Program-made: the position numbers and the translations under genes
Shown here: piece by piece, positions 1-11,459 of the stretch
Position numbering within the stretch: position 1 is the stretch's first letter
Layout of the letters: each line of letters starts with the position of its first letter
Origin: Pseudothermotoga sp.
Lineage (GTDB): Bacteria; Thermotogota; Thermotogae; Thermotogales; DSM-5069
Direction of reading: 5' to 3'
Assembly: GCA_041640575.1 (NCBI GenBank)
Contig: JBEPZZ010000004.1
Coordinates: 1 to 64,000, forward strand
Length of the DNA stretch: 64,000 nt
Notes under the pieces: generated by a model
What the model was told of the DNA's origin: nothing
Database searches by the model: none
Seen by the model: only the letters and a program-made list of their open reading frames with translations

Positions 1-165
1 TGCTTCAACTGCCGCTTCGACAACCGGCTCGGGAGTAGCGAAATCTGGTTCTCCCGCGGTCAAATTGATGACATCAATTCCTTTTGATTTTAGAAGTTGA
101 GCTGTTGTGTTGACCTCAAGAGTCTTCGAAGTTGGCATAGAGGTTACTCTCTTTGAAAGCCTCAT
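1..165 (-). CDS. PLP-dependent class I/II aminotransferase (aspartate aminotransferase-like), N-terminal part, runs off the window
   Basis: Manual translation: MRLSKRVTSMPTSKTLEVNTTAQLLKSKGIDVINLTAGEPDFATPEPVVEAAVEA. The 'VINLxxGEPDF.TP' motif is typical. GGGAGG SD upstream. Confidence 0.85.
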   Translation of the reverse strand, partial: MRLSKRVTSMPTSKTLEVNTTAQLLKSKGIDVINLTAGEPDFATPEPVVEAAVEA

Positions 166-268
166 TTATAATACCTCCCAGTAATTCGTTTCCTGAACAA
201 TCCAGAAAATATTATACCTTTTATCCTTACAAATAAGAGGGGTGTATAATTTTCAGGGGTGAAAATTC

Positions 269-991
269 TTGGAAAACATTGGATCCCAACTCTTCAGTGT
301 GTCGCACTTGTGGGGTGTTTTAGATCTGTGGTTCATTTTGGTACCAGTATCCTTCTTTTTGATCTTTGCAGCTACGTACATTGAAAGAATTGCAATGAGT
401 TTGGTTGGCTTTGTGTTAGGATCCTATGTTCTTTTCCCACTTTTATTGGACAAATTCGAGCCAGTTCGTGAATGGGCTTTAGCTAAAGAAACGAATTACT
501 GGGTCAGCTTGATAATTGTTGGTATATTCAGTGCGATTGTCTTGTATTTACTCTACAAAATTTTCGTTTTTCTCGTTGGTTTTTTGGCATCTGGGGCAAT
601 GACTTATTTCGTCTTGGATATGTTCTTCAAAAAATTTGACTTTTTCTCAAGGCTTAACAACTTTGTCCAGGAAAATTGGTTCGCAATACTATTGGGAATT
701 TCTGCAGTTGTTGGTATCATAGGCGGTTTGTTTGCTTCAAAGAAAAGCTCATCCATCATTGGGATTCTTGGAATGATATGTGGCTCCTTCATTCTTGCCG
801 TTCAAACAATCGGCTGGATTTATTATTTGATAGTTAAAGACAAAGAAAAGACAATCGAACTCTTTTCAAGACCCGCTGGATTGGTTCCACTTGTTGTCTT
901 GACGACTATCATTCTTACTCTGTCGGTTGGTATATCACGAAAAACACGAAAAAAGAAAGAAAAGGCCCCCGACGAGCATCTATTTGATTAG
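269..991 (+). CDS. Multi-pass membrane protein of unknown function (possibly DUF4203/TMEM198-like)
   Basis: 240-aa ORF with 6-7 Gly-rich hydrophobic segments and a basic C-tail. GGGGTG SD and TATAAT upstream. Confidence 0.7.
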   Translation: MENIGSQLFSVSHLWGVLDLWFILVPVSFFLIFAATYIERIAMSLVGFVLGSYVLFPLLLDKFEPVREWALAKETNYWVSLIIVGIFSAIVLYLLYKIFVFLVGFLASGAMTYFVLDMFFKKFDFFSRLNNFVQENWFAILLGISAVVGIIGGLFASKKSSSIIGILGMICGSFILAVQTIGWIYYLIVKDKEKTIELFSRPAGLVPLVVLTTIILTLSVGISRKTRKKKEKAPDEHLFD

Positions 992-1642
992 AATAACTCT
1001 GAAAACACCGAAATCACTAAGTTTCTGAGCAAGAGCCTGATTCCTCACGACGTAAACCTTAAAAACATCAATTTTCTCAGGGAGTTGTTCAACAAAGCTT
1101 GAATTTAGATCGTGTTTTAAAACATAAGCTGCTTCTTCCTCGGAGGCATATACTATCTTTTTCTCACCGACAAAATCATCCTTCTTTTTGGAATAAGTCT
1201 GAAAATCTTCTTTTATCTCTTGATAGACATATCTTAGAATCTGGGCAAAAATGGATGCAGGTGCGTAACCCGGTAGATAAACCAAAGGTTTCGCATCACT
1301 GCTCAAAAACCAAGTTGTTGGAACTCCACTTATCGAAAAATGTGAGAATAATTCCTGATGGGTCATCTGCCTTCCAAAGGTAGATACTTTCTTAGCAGAA
1401 TCGTACATTACTTCAACAAAAACGAAGTTTGCTTTTATCAACTCTTGAACTGTCTTGTCCTTCAGTGTTTCATTCTTGAGCTTAACACAATATGGACAGG
1501 TAGCGGTGGTAAAAATCAACCCTATCTTTTTCTGTTCTATTCTTGCAAGATTTACTGCAACATCTACATCGTCTAAAAGAATTGATTGAGACATGGAAAA
1601 AACCGCAACAAAAATCAATGTAACCACAAGTACTCGCCTCAT
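980..1642 (-). CDS. Exported thioredoxin-fold protein (SoxW-like)
   Basis: Signal peptide, CPYC active site, 'GVPT' cis-Pro loop, 'LPGY.P'. Adjacent to ccdA. Confidence 0.85.
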   Translation of the reverse strand: MRRVLVVTLIFVAVFSMSQSILLDDVDVAVNLARIEQKKIGLIFTTATCPYCVKLKNETLKDKTVQELIKANFVFVEVMYDSAKKVSTFGRQMTHQELFSHFSISGVPTTWFLSSDAKPLVYLPGYAPASIFAQILRYVYQEIKEDFQTYSKKKDDFVGEKKIVYASEEEAAYVLKHDLNSSFVEQLPEKIDVFKVYVVRNQALAQKLSDFGVFRVILIK

Positions 1643-1656
1643 AAAAAACCTCCTTT

Positions 1657-2307
1657 TCAGAAAAACGAAACACCAATTAACGTTAGGATGCCAACAGTTG
1701 ACAAAAGCACAAAAGCCAAACCTTTAACAACTGTCTCCCAAATTGGTTTTCCAAAAGTAATTCTTGACAACCATTTTGAAACAACCCCGCCCAAAGCTAA
1801 AAATGGCACGGAAATTCCCATCGAATAGACAAACAAAAGCCATGCTCCTCTTAAAGCTGTTCCTTTTGTAGAAGCCAATACCAAGATAGAAGCCAATATA
1901 GGACTTGTACAAGGTATCCAAACCAATCCTATCCCGACTCCTACTATTAAGCCAGCTATGAAGCCTCCAGATTTAAATCGGTAAAAATTGAAAACTTTCA
2001 ATTTGAATAGTTGTATTTGAAATAGAAATGCAACGCCCATGGCAAGTATCAAAGACCCAGCAATATATCTCATAATTGTTCTATCCAGTAAAGCACCGGC
2101 AGAGCCACTTATAGCACCGAGAAGAGAGAAGGTTCCACTTAATCCAACAAAAAAACCAAGTACTTTGAAAAATGACTTCAAACCTTTCTCAGCTAAAACC
2201 AAAGCAACAAAGGAAGGTACAAGTGGAATAACGCATGGACTAAAAAACGCCAGAAGGCCATGTAGCAAGGCGGCAAAAAAGCTCACGTCTATCATGGAAA
2301 TGCCCAT
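1657..2307 (-). CDS. ccdA: CcdA/DsbD-type transmembrane disulfide reductase
   Basis: FFSPCVIPLVP and WIPCTSPIL motifs, about 6 TM helices. Confidence 0.9.
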   Translation of the reverse strand: MGISMIDVSFFAALLHGLLAFFSPCVIPLVPSFVALVLAEKGLKSFFKVLGFFVGLSGTFSLLGAISGSAGALLDRTIMRYIAGSLILAMGVAFLFQIQLFKLKVFNFYRFKSGGFIAGLIVGVGIGLVWIPCTSPILASILVLASTKGTALRGAWLLFVYSMGISVPFLALGGVVSKWLSRITFGKPIWETVVKGLAFVLLSTVGILTLIGVSFF

Positions 2308-2504
2308 ACTATCACCCCAAAGTAGAAAACTAGACTATTCCTGTCGAAATTATACCATCTTTGTTCTAAAGGTTGCAACAACAAATAAAAGTTTGACAAA
2401 GGCAATAGAAAATATCCAGGAACGTCTTGTGGATTTGTTCTGTCTAAAGAATGAATGTCGTGGTAGAATATCCACAGAAATTCACATTTTCGGAGGTGGT
2501 TTAG

Positions 2505-3680
2505 GTGAAAAAAGTTTTGCTGGGAGCTCTTCTGTTGATCGCCGCTTTCGTCTATGCTCAAGCATTCAGTGATGTGCCTATAAATCACTGGGCATACGAA
2601 GCGGTAACACAACTAGCTAAGCTTGGCATAATCTCAGGAATGCCAGATGGTACATTCCAGGGAAACAATCCGATGACAAGATATCAAGTTGCCGTGGCTT
2701 TGAAGAAATTGCTTGATTATCTAACTGCTCAAATTGAAAAAGGTATTGCATCGGGGGATCTTCAAAACGTAATCAGGCGGTTGTCAACCCTTGAGGACCT
2801 TGTAAGTACGGCTATCAACAGAACACAAAGGCAAGGTGAACAGATGGCTGCGACGGATCAAACTATCCAAACCGTGCTAGCCGAAATCTCTAATCTTAAG
2901 ACAACGATCGTCGAAATTGCTCAGTTGAAAAAAGATCTTCCAACTATGATTGCCGCATCTGAAAATAAAAGCATGACCCTGTACAACCAACTCTCATCGA
3001 ACTACAGTCAACTTTCAGCAAAAGTGGCTGCTGTAGAAAGGTCGATATCTGATCTTCAAGCCCAGATTTCTGCACAAGTTTTGTCCCAATTGCAAGCATC
3101 AATTGGCTCCGTTAACAAGAATGTTGACGAAGTCAAGGCAAGTGTCTCGGCTTTGACAAAGAAAGTTGAAACACTGGAATCAAGCATTCAAGCACTTTCA
3201 AACCTTAGAGCAACTGTGTCAAGTCTAGAAACAAGAGTTGCTTCGCTTGAAGCAAAGGTTTCAACTGATGTTGACACTCTAAGAAGAGCACTTGACGCTT
3301 CTACCAAACAACTTGATGCGAGACTTTCACTACTTGAAGGGCAGGTTTCTACCTTGGCAATGGATGTAGAAAAGCTTAAGAAAGATGTTGCTGCCGCAAC
3401 GGATGCAACAAAAAGAATCACAAGACTTGAGGAAAATGTAGGAACCGTCTCTGGACAGATAGTGAACCTGAATCAAAAAGTTGCCGCTGCCGAGTCAGAC
3501 GTTGCTAATGTAAAGAAAACCATCGATGCAAAACCATGGAAAACAGATGTTGAAGCAGCTACTGTTGAACTTTCCAGCAAAATCAGCGAGGCTTATAACA
3601 TAGGAATCGTCGGTGTAATTGTCGGTGCTGCTGGTGTTGTAATTGGTCTTCTTGCTCTGTTGATGGGAGGAGGATCCTAA
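2505..3680 (+). CDS. Omp-alpha-like toga spacer protein (SLH domain, long coiled coil, C-terminal membrane anchor)
   Basis: Signal peptide; SLH motif FSDVPINHWAYEAV...GIISGMPDGTFQGNNPMTRYQVA; about 290 aa of heptads; hydrophobic Gly-rich C-terminus. Confidence 0.88.
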   Translation: MKKVLLGALLLIAAFVYAQAFSDVPINHWAYEAVTQLAKLGIISGMPDGTFQGNNPMTRYQVAVALKKLLDYLTAQIEKGIASGDLQNVIRRLSTLEDLVSTAINRTQRQGEQMAATDQTIQTVLAEISNLKTTIVEIAQLKKDLPTMIAASENKSMTLYNQLSSNYSQLSAKVAAVERSISDLQAQISAQVLSQLQASIGSVNKNVDEVKASVSALTKKVETLESSIQALSNLRATVSSLETRVASLEAKVSTDVDTLRRALDASTKQLDARLSLLEGQVSTLAMDVEKLKKDVAAATDATKRITRLEENVGTVSGQIVNLNQKVAAAESDVANVKKTIDAKPWKTDVEAATVELSSKISEAYNIGIVGVIVGAAGVVIGLLALLMGGGS

Positions 3681-3697
3681 GTCAAAGGAAAGTAACC

Positions 3698-3724
3698 AAA
3701 GGGACCCAAACGGGTCCCTTTTTT
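3698..3724 (+). terminator. Intrinsic terminator
   Basis: aaagggaccc-aaac-gggtcccttt followed by a T run, just after the Omp-alpha-like stop. Confidence 0.85.
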
Positions 3725-3747
3725 ATAATTTGTTTGAGGTGATTAAA

Positions 3748-4392
3748 ATGTTTGTCAAGGATGTTATGACCAAAAATGTTGTTTGCATATCGCCAGAGGC
3801 TTCCTTTTTTGACGCTATGGATTTGATGAAGCAGAAAAAAATTCGGCATTTACCTGTTGTCAAGGAAAGCGGGGAAGTTGTTGGAATAATAACGGAAAAA
3901 GATCTTTTGAAGGCCTCCCCTTCACAGGCTACAACCCTCGATGTGTGGGAAATTACAAGTCTTTTGAGCAAACTGAAAGTGAAGCAAATCATGAAAAAGC
4001 AAGTAGTTCATGTTCATCCAAATACACCAATTGAGGAAGCAGCTAAGATTATGGCAGATAACAAAATAGGTTCATTAGTTGTTCTAGAAGAAGAAAAATT
4101 AGTTGGCATAATAACTGAAACTGATATTTTCAAGGTTTTTGTTACAATGTTTGGTGCTAGGCAGGAAGGCACAAGATATGTTTTTCGGCTTCAGAATGTT
4201 CCAGGATTGCTTTCAAAAATACTATACTTGATGTACCAATGTGGAGGAGATTTGATTTCTGTAGCAACTTACGTGATCTCACCCCAAGAATATGAAGTAG
4301 TAGTGAAAGTCAAGGGTCTTAACCGTTCACAATTCGAAAAAAAGTTTTTAGAGGGAATACCAGAAGCTTCGATAAAAGATGTAAGAGAATGA
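3748..4392 (+). CDS. CBS-pair + ACT domain protein (AcuB-like)
   Basis: Two CBS repeats (IRHLPVV...GIITEKD; IGSLVV...GIITETD) and a C-terminal ACT-like 'NVPGLLSKI'. Start moved to the ATG after GAGGTG. Confidence 0.85.
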   Translation: MFVKDVMTKNVVCISPEASFFDAMDLMKQKKIRHLPVVKESGEVVGIITEKDLLKASPSQATTLDVWEITSLLSKLKVKQIMKKQVVHVHPNTPIEEAAKIMADNKIGSLVVLEEEKLVGIITETDIFKVFVTMFGARQEGTRYVFRLQNVPGLLSKILYLMYQCGGDLISVATYVISPQEYEVVVKVKGLNRSQFEKKFLEGIPEASIKDVRE

Positions 4393-4417
4393 AAAGGGGC
4401 GCTACCGCGCCCTCTTT
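4393..4417. terminator. Probable bidirectional terminator between convergent genes
   Basis: aaaggggcgc-tacc-gcgccctcttt hairpin between two stop codons. Confidence 0.7.
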
Positions 4418-4419
4418 CC

Positions 4420-6240
4420 TCATTGAATGGGTCTCAGCGTTCTTGAGATCGTTATAGTAGGTCTGTCAACAACCAAAGTTATAATTTCAGCGTAATAGCC
4501 ACCTTTGATTAAAACTAGTTCATACTTTCCGTATTCCAAGTCTAATCTCAAAGGTGTTATTCCTTTTAGATAGCCATTTATGTATACAAGTGCACTCGCC
4601 GGTGTGGTGTTTATGCTGACACTTGAAGTTCTGATAATTGGTTCAAGGACAAGCTCAATAGTTCTAGTTTCTCCAGACCTGACATCTACGCTTATAACCT
4701 TGTCTTGATAGTCACGATAGATTGCCTTCACCTCATGAATACCGACATCAACTGAGACACTTAGTCCTCGATCTGTAGTAACACCCACGTACCTTCCATC
4801 GATATAGATTGAAGCACCAACCGGTACGGTGAAAATGTTCAAAACACCTGTTCTTGGAATTGGTGTCAAATTCAAAGTTACAGTTCTAGTCTCACCTGGG
4901 TTGACAGTGACAGTTATTGTAGCATCTTGATAATCAACTAACCTCGCTAATATTGTTCTTGTTCCAGCATCGACTGTTATCGTTAAACCAGCTGAAGGAG
5001 TGACACCAACATACTGACCATCGATGTATATCGAAGCACCAATAGGATTACTGTAAATTCTCAAGGTAGCAGTTCGAACAATAGGTTGCAGTGTAATGTT
5101 AACAGTTCTCGTTTCACCAGGATTGACGGTGACATTAACTGTTGCATCTTGATAATTGGCAAGGCTAGCTCTGATAGACCTTGTTCCAGCTTCTACCTCA
5201 ACTGCTAAGCCACCAGATGGTGCTGTTCCAACATAACGTCCATCGATGTAAATCAAAGCGCCAACTGGATTAGTATTGATCCTCAAGATAGCCGTAGATC
5301 TTGCAAGAGTTGGGTTGAAAGATTTCGTTTCTCCTTCCCTGATTGTGAAAGTCTGTTGCCAAGAAACATAACCTTCCTTGTTGATAAGCAACGTATGTTG
5401 ACCGGGTGTTGTTTCAATCTGCAAAGGAGTCAAACCAATGAAAACACCATCCAGGAAGACCTGTGCTTCACTTGGAGTTGATTTGATATCTAGCATTGTT
5501 CTTACAAGTCTTCCTGTCACTGTTATGGTCCTACCGGCAACAACCGTAAAAGCTTCGTAAACTACCTGACCGTCAAAATAAAAAGTAGCAAAATGTTGAC
5601 CTTCATCCAGAGTCACTGTTTGTGGAGTTCTACCTATGTACCTTCCATCAACGTAGACATGTGCACCAGTCGGTACAGATTGCAGATTAACAGTCCCAGT
5701 TCTTGGCGCTCTGCCCACGTAGAAATAGGTTATATCCGTCGACCATTCACCAGTGAGATATGGAATCAACTGCTGTGAAACATATTTCTCAGCGTCTTCA
5801 GTGAGGATGGGGAATTGTTGTTGCGTCCCAAGTTCTTTGAGCTGTTGAAGCAAAGGTATAATCCCAGTGCTTGCTATTATTTGTATGAACTCTTTACCTT
5901 CTGGAGGACTAACTTTAAAAGAGTACTTGGTGGAAATTGGAATCTTGTAGTTTACATTTGGTGCTATGTAGTTATTTGTATCGTATTTGTTTGGAAAGAG
6001 AAGGGTGATTTTCCCGTCAGTTCTGATGTTGTAAATTGCAACGTAGCAACTTTTGTTTGCTCTAAAGAATATCTCAATATTCTCGCCAGGCTGATAAACA
6101 GAACCCTCCGGTTTGTTCAGCCATATTTTTACCTCAAGTCCTGAAGGCTGTGGAACAATTATGATGTTTCGTAGGTTCATCTCCGCAAAAACAAAAGCGG
6201 CAACAATTACCAAAAGCAGCAGAACAACATTTCTCTTCAT
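4420..6240 (-). CDS. Secreted protein with an N-terminal DUF4384-like domain and six PEGA domains
   Basis: Signal peptide; 'YQPGENIEIFFRANKSCYVAIYNI..DGKITLLFPN'; six 'SxPxGAx(V/I)Y(V/I)DGxYxGxTP'-type repeats. Confidence 0.85.
   Translation of the reverse strand: MKRNVVLLLLVIVAAFVFAEMNLRNIIIVPQPSGLEVKIWLNKPEGSVYQPGENIEIFFRANKSCYVAIYNIRTDGKITLLFPNKYDTNNYIAPNVNYKIPISTKYSFKVSPPEGKEFIQIIASTGIIPLLQQLKELGTQQQFPILTEDAEKYVSQQLIPYLTGEWSTDITYFYVGRAPRTGTVNLQSVPTGAHVYVDGRYIGRTPQTVTLDEGQHFATFYFDGQVVYEAFTVVAGRTITVTGRLVRTMLDIKSTPSEAQVFLDGVFIGLTPLQIETTPGQHTLLINKEGYVSWQQTFTIREGETKSFNPTLARSTAILRINTNPVGALIYIDGRYVGTAPSGGLAVEVEAGTRSIRASLANYQDATVNVTVNPGETRTVNITLQPIVRTATLRIYSNPIGASIYIDGQYVGVTPSAGLTITVDAGTRTILARLVDYQDATITVTVNPGETRTVTLNLTPIPRTGVLNIFTVPVGASIYIDGRYVGVTTDRGLSVSVDVGIHEVKAIYRDYQDKVISVDVRSGETRTIELVLEPIIRTSSVSINTTPASALVYINGYLKGITPLRLDLEYGKYELVLIKGGYYAEIITLVVDRPTITISRTLRPIQ
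4630..5295 (-). repeat. Three tandem 222-bp (74-aa) PEGA repeat units
   Basis: Units begin at 5295, 5073 and 4851 on the minus strand. They share 'PxGAxIYIDGxYVG...YQD...GETRT...PIxR'. Confidence 0.85.
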
Positions 6241-6256
6241 TCAAATCCCCCCTTGA

Positions 6257-6931
6257 TTAAGGAATTAAAACTAAAGCATCAACAACTTCATCGTCCTTAA
6301 TTTTGAAGAAAACATAGCCCTTATGCTCGAAAAGAATTTTTCCTTTCAAAGCGCTTATATCAATATTATTCCAGTCATCTTTGAATTGCACCTTTGTAAC
6401 CTTGTACAAGCGGTTAGTCCCCGAAATTGGTATTTTTTCAAGTTCGATAAAAGCATAGTTAAAAAAGGAAACTTTTGTCGACGTGCCTTCCCCAATGTAT
6501 AAGCTCCATGTGAGACCAATTGGATCATCCGGATCAAGATACATTGTCAGTTTCGGCACAGGCGGATTGCTTAAATCCACAAGCTTATTCGTAATTGCAG
6601 TAATGATGCTGCTTACACTTTGACTCTCATAATTTCCAACATATTCCCAGTTGACGTAAACATTTTTATCAGCTGGCGTAACCGAAAATTCATAATCATC
6701 AAAGCCAGTTGGTGGATTGTTAAAGTCATACCACAAGAAAATAACTCTGTTATTGTAGTTTGGATAATTTGCATTCGCAATTTGCTTCATAGCATCGGTC
6801 ATATCATTTGCTACAATTTCAACAACATTAGTCCAAGTTGCTAGTTTTCTTACAAACAGAGGTGCACAGGAGGCCAAGAATACTATTAAAACTAAACTTA
6901 AGAAGGTGGCCAAAAACCACTTACCCTTCAT
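6257..6931 (-). CDS. Putative lipoprotein of unknown function
   Basis: MKGKW...FLASC lipobox. Start moved to ATG 6931 after a GGGGTG SD. Confidence 0.7.
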   Translation of the reverse strand: MKGKWFLATFLSLVLIVFLASCAPLFVRKLATWTNVVEIVANDMTDAMKQIANANYPNYNNRVIFLWYDFNNPPTGFDDYEFSVTPADKNVYVNWEYVGNYESQSVSSIITAITNKLVDLSNPPVPKLTMYLDPDDPIGLTWSLYIGEGTSTKVSFFNYAFIELEKIPISGTNRLYKVTKVQFKDDWNNIDISALKGKILFEHKGYVFFKIKDDEVVDALVLIP

Positions 6932-6979
6932 ACCATCACCCCATTCTAGATGTGGCTGGCCATCGCCAGCCACCTAGAA

Positions 6980-8344
6980 CTACCTATACGTAAAGCTATA
7001 AATCATCTTCGCACCCTTTCGATAAACAAAAATCGCGACAAAATCTCCTTGCTTGATTCTTTCCACCACGTTGTTCCAGTCCTTAACTGAGTTAATTTGA
7101 TGAGTTCTTCCGCTCACGGCAATCTGATAGATTACATCTCCAACTTGAATCTGTGAAGTTCTCTTCACCTGTCTAACAATAACACCATTGATCGAAGCTG
7201 GAATTTGGTAATTTTCTCTGTCTGCGTTAGTTATTTCATCAACAACCAAACCCGCGAATTCGCTCGCCTGATATGTTGATGAAGGTGTTTCGTCCGCTGA
7301 GCTACCGAGAGTAACCCTAAACGTGATTTCTTTCCCAGAACGGTTGACTACAATCGTTACTATGTCACCTGGGGCGTGGTTTCTTATCAAGCTTACAAGC
7401 TCTGAATTTGAAGTTACAGACACGCCATCAAACTTGATCACGACGTCATTTTCTTGAAGTCCTGCCTTCTGTGCTGGTGAATTTTCCAAGACTTGAACAA
7501 TTAGCACTCCTTTGTCAACCTTCAAACCTAAGGCTTTCGCAAGATCTGGCGTGACTGTTTCAACTCTAACCCCAAGATATGCCTTCTGAACTCTACCTTT
7601 TGTAATCAACTGATCTATGAACCTCTTTACTGTGTTTATGGGTATTGCAAAACCAAGGTTGATTCCCTGTTCTGGATTCACAATGGCTGTGTTAATTCCT
7701 ATAACCTGTCCATGAATATTCAACAAAGGCCCTCCGCTGTTCCCAGGGTTAATAGCAGCGTCAGTTTGAATTAGGTTTGTGTAATAACCTGAACCACTCG
7801 GTTTTGGAATCTTTCTACCAGTAGCGCTTATAACACCTATCGTGACAGTGTGCTGAAACCCAAGCGGATTTCCAATTGCAATTGCCCATTCACCTATTTT
7901 GACTGCATCCGAGTCCCCAAATTCCAAGGTTGGCAAATCCTTCTTAGCATTTATCACCAAAACGGCAATGTCAAGCTCTTCATCTCCGCCAATGTATTCT
8001 GCCTTGTAAGTTGTGCCATCTAGCAGTGTAACAGTTATTTCTTTTGCACCACTCACCACATGCTCATTGGTAAGAATGTAACCATCTTTGCTGAAAATGA
8101 AACCCGAACCAAGGCTTGTAGCCTGCTGACCACCAAATGGTGAATATCCAAACCATCTTTTGAAAAATTCTTCCATCAAAGGGTCATACAACGGTGAGGT
8201 CAACTGTTTTACCGCTTCGATTTTGACAACAGCCGGTGCTGCATACTCAACTACCGCAACAACTGGGCTTTGATAATCTGGATTTACCAGAGCAAAAGCA
8301 CTCAGGCTCAAAACCAATGTTATTAGAACAATCACTTTTTTCAT
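6980..8344 (-). CDS. htrA: HtrA/DegP (Do family) serine protease with PDZ domains
   Basis: LGSGFI, TNEHVV, IQTDAAINPGNSGGPL, two PDZ-like domains, signal peptide. Confidence 0.95.
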   Translation of the reverse strand: MKKVIVLITLVLSLSAFALVNPDYQSPVVAVVEYAAPAVVKIEAVKQLTSPLYDPLMEEFFKRWFGYSPFGGQQATSLGSGFIFSKDGYILTNEHVVSGAKEITVTLLDGTTYKAEYIGGDEELDIAVLVINAKKDLPTLEFGDSDAVKIGEWAIAIGNPLGFQHTVTIGVISATGRKIPKPSGSGYYTNLIQTDAAINPGNSGGPLLNIHGQVIGINTAIVNPEQGINLGFAIPINTVKRFIDQLITKGRVQKAYLGVRVETVTPDLAKALGLKVDKGVLIVQVLENSPAQKAGLQENDVVIKFDGVSVTSNSELVSLIRNHAPGDIVTIVVNRSGKEITFRVTLGSSADETPSSTYQASEFAGLVVDEITNADRENYQIPASINGVIVRQVKRTSQIQVGDVIYQIAVSGRTHQINSVKDWNNVVERIKQGDFVAIFVYRKGAKMIYSFTYR

Positions 8345-9301
8345 GTGAACACCTCCCTTGTTGAATCTCCAGGTGATTTGACAACATCATCTTTACAGCT
8401 GTTCATTAAAAGTTCATTAAAAAAGGTGTGAACCATCTCATGCATTTCCTGGACAGATGCTGTTTTCATAAACCTTTCTCTAAGAATTCTTGCACCATGC
8501 ATTCCATAGGTATAACCAGCTACAAATTGTCTCATTTTATAAGCACTCTTTTCACCTTCCAGATCTGTTTGCATTTTGAGATGCAGTAAGAACATTTCTT
8601 TGATTTCTTCAACACTTGGTTTAATGCCTTTCAGTTGTGCAAAAATCCAAGGCTTTCTCAAAGCTCCTCGAGCCACCAAAACCGCGCAAGCTTCGGAAAT
8701 CATCAACGCCTTTTCGAAGTCTTCTGGCTCATATATATCTCCACTTATAGCTGTTGCAATGGGATACTGCGACAATTTCAAATCCCAAGCAGCTCTTCCA
8801 GTGTAACCTTGAATAACAGTTCTTCCATGAACTTCCACACCACTTGCACCAGCTTCTATACAAGCTTTCATAATCTTTTCAAACTCATTCTTCTCAAAAC
8901 CAATTCTAACCTTGACAGTAACATGCTTTTGAACAGTATCTTTAATTAGGAATATTATGTCTCTCAACCTTTCAAGATCCTTAAGTAATGCACCACCAGA
9001 ACCTCTTTTCAAAACTTTTTTCACAGGGCAAGCTGCATTGATATTTATCCATGCAGCAAAGGGCTCAACAATCTTTGCTGCTTCAGCCATTGTTTTTGGG
9101 TGATTTCCGAAAAGTTGCACTGCAACGTTCTTTTCCGAAGGATCTGGCAACATTTTATTGACTATCTTAAAGTTTCTCAAAGCACTTTCGGCACTGATCA
9201 TTTCCGTATATGAAAACTCAGCTCCCCAAAGAAAACAGATCTTTCTGAATGCTCTATTCGTGATACCAGCCATTGGCGAAAGCCCAACTTTTCCAGGGTA
9301 C

Positions 9302-9324
<23 letters not shown>
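8341..9324 (-). CDS. dus: tRNA-dihydrouridine synthase
   Basis: LSPMAGIT, TEMIS, VQLFG, INAACP, GGALL, VHGRT motifs. Confidence 0.92.
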
Positions 9325-11213
<1,889 letters not shown>

Positions 11214-11373
11214 CTACTACTTAGTTTGTTAACAACATAGCGTTCATCCTCAAAAATTGATGAATGATGTAGATATTTAAAAAAACAAAAAGCAACAGTG
11301 AGAAATAACGAGAATATCTACTAGAAATGGCAATCTGTCACTTTATATTTGGACTTTTACGCCATAGTATAGT

Positions 11374-11434
11374 TTGATATTTCTATGAACAAAATTGTAT
11401 TATAAGTGTGAACTTTTTGAGAAAACGCTTGACC
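11374..11434 (+). promoter_or_regulatory. Candidate sigma70 promoter and LacI-type operator for the sugar locus
   Basis: TTGATA-18 nt-TATTAT, then the imperfect CG-centred palindrome AGAAAACGCTTGAC (11420-11433) upstream of the LacI gene. Confidence 0.4.
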
Positions 11435-11459
11435 ACCTTTTAGAAACGGGGGAATGTAG

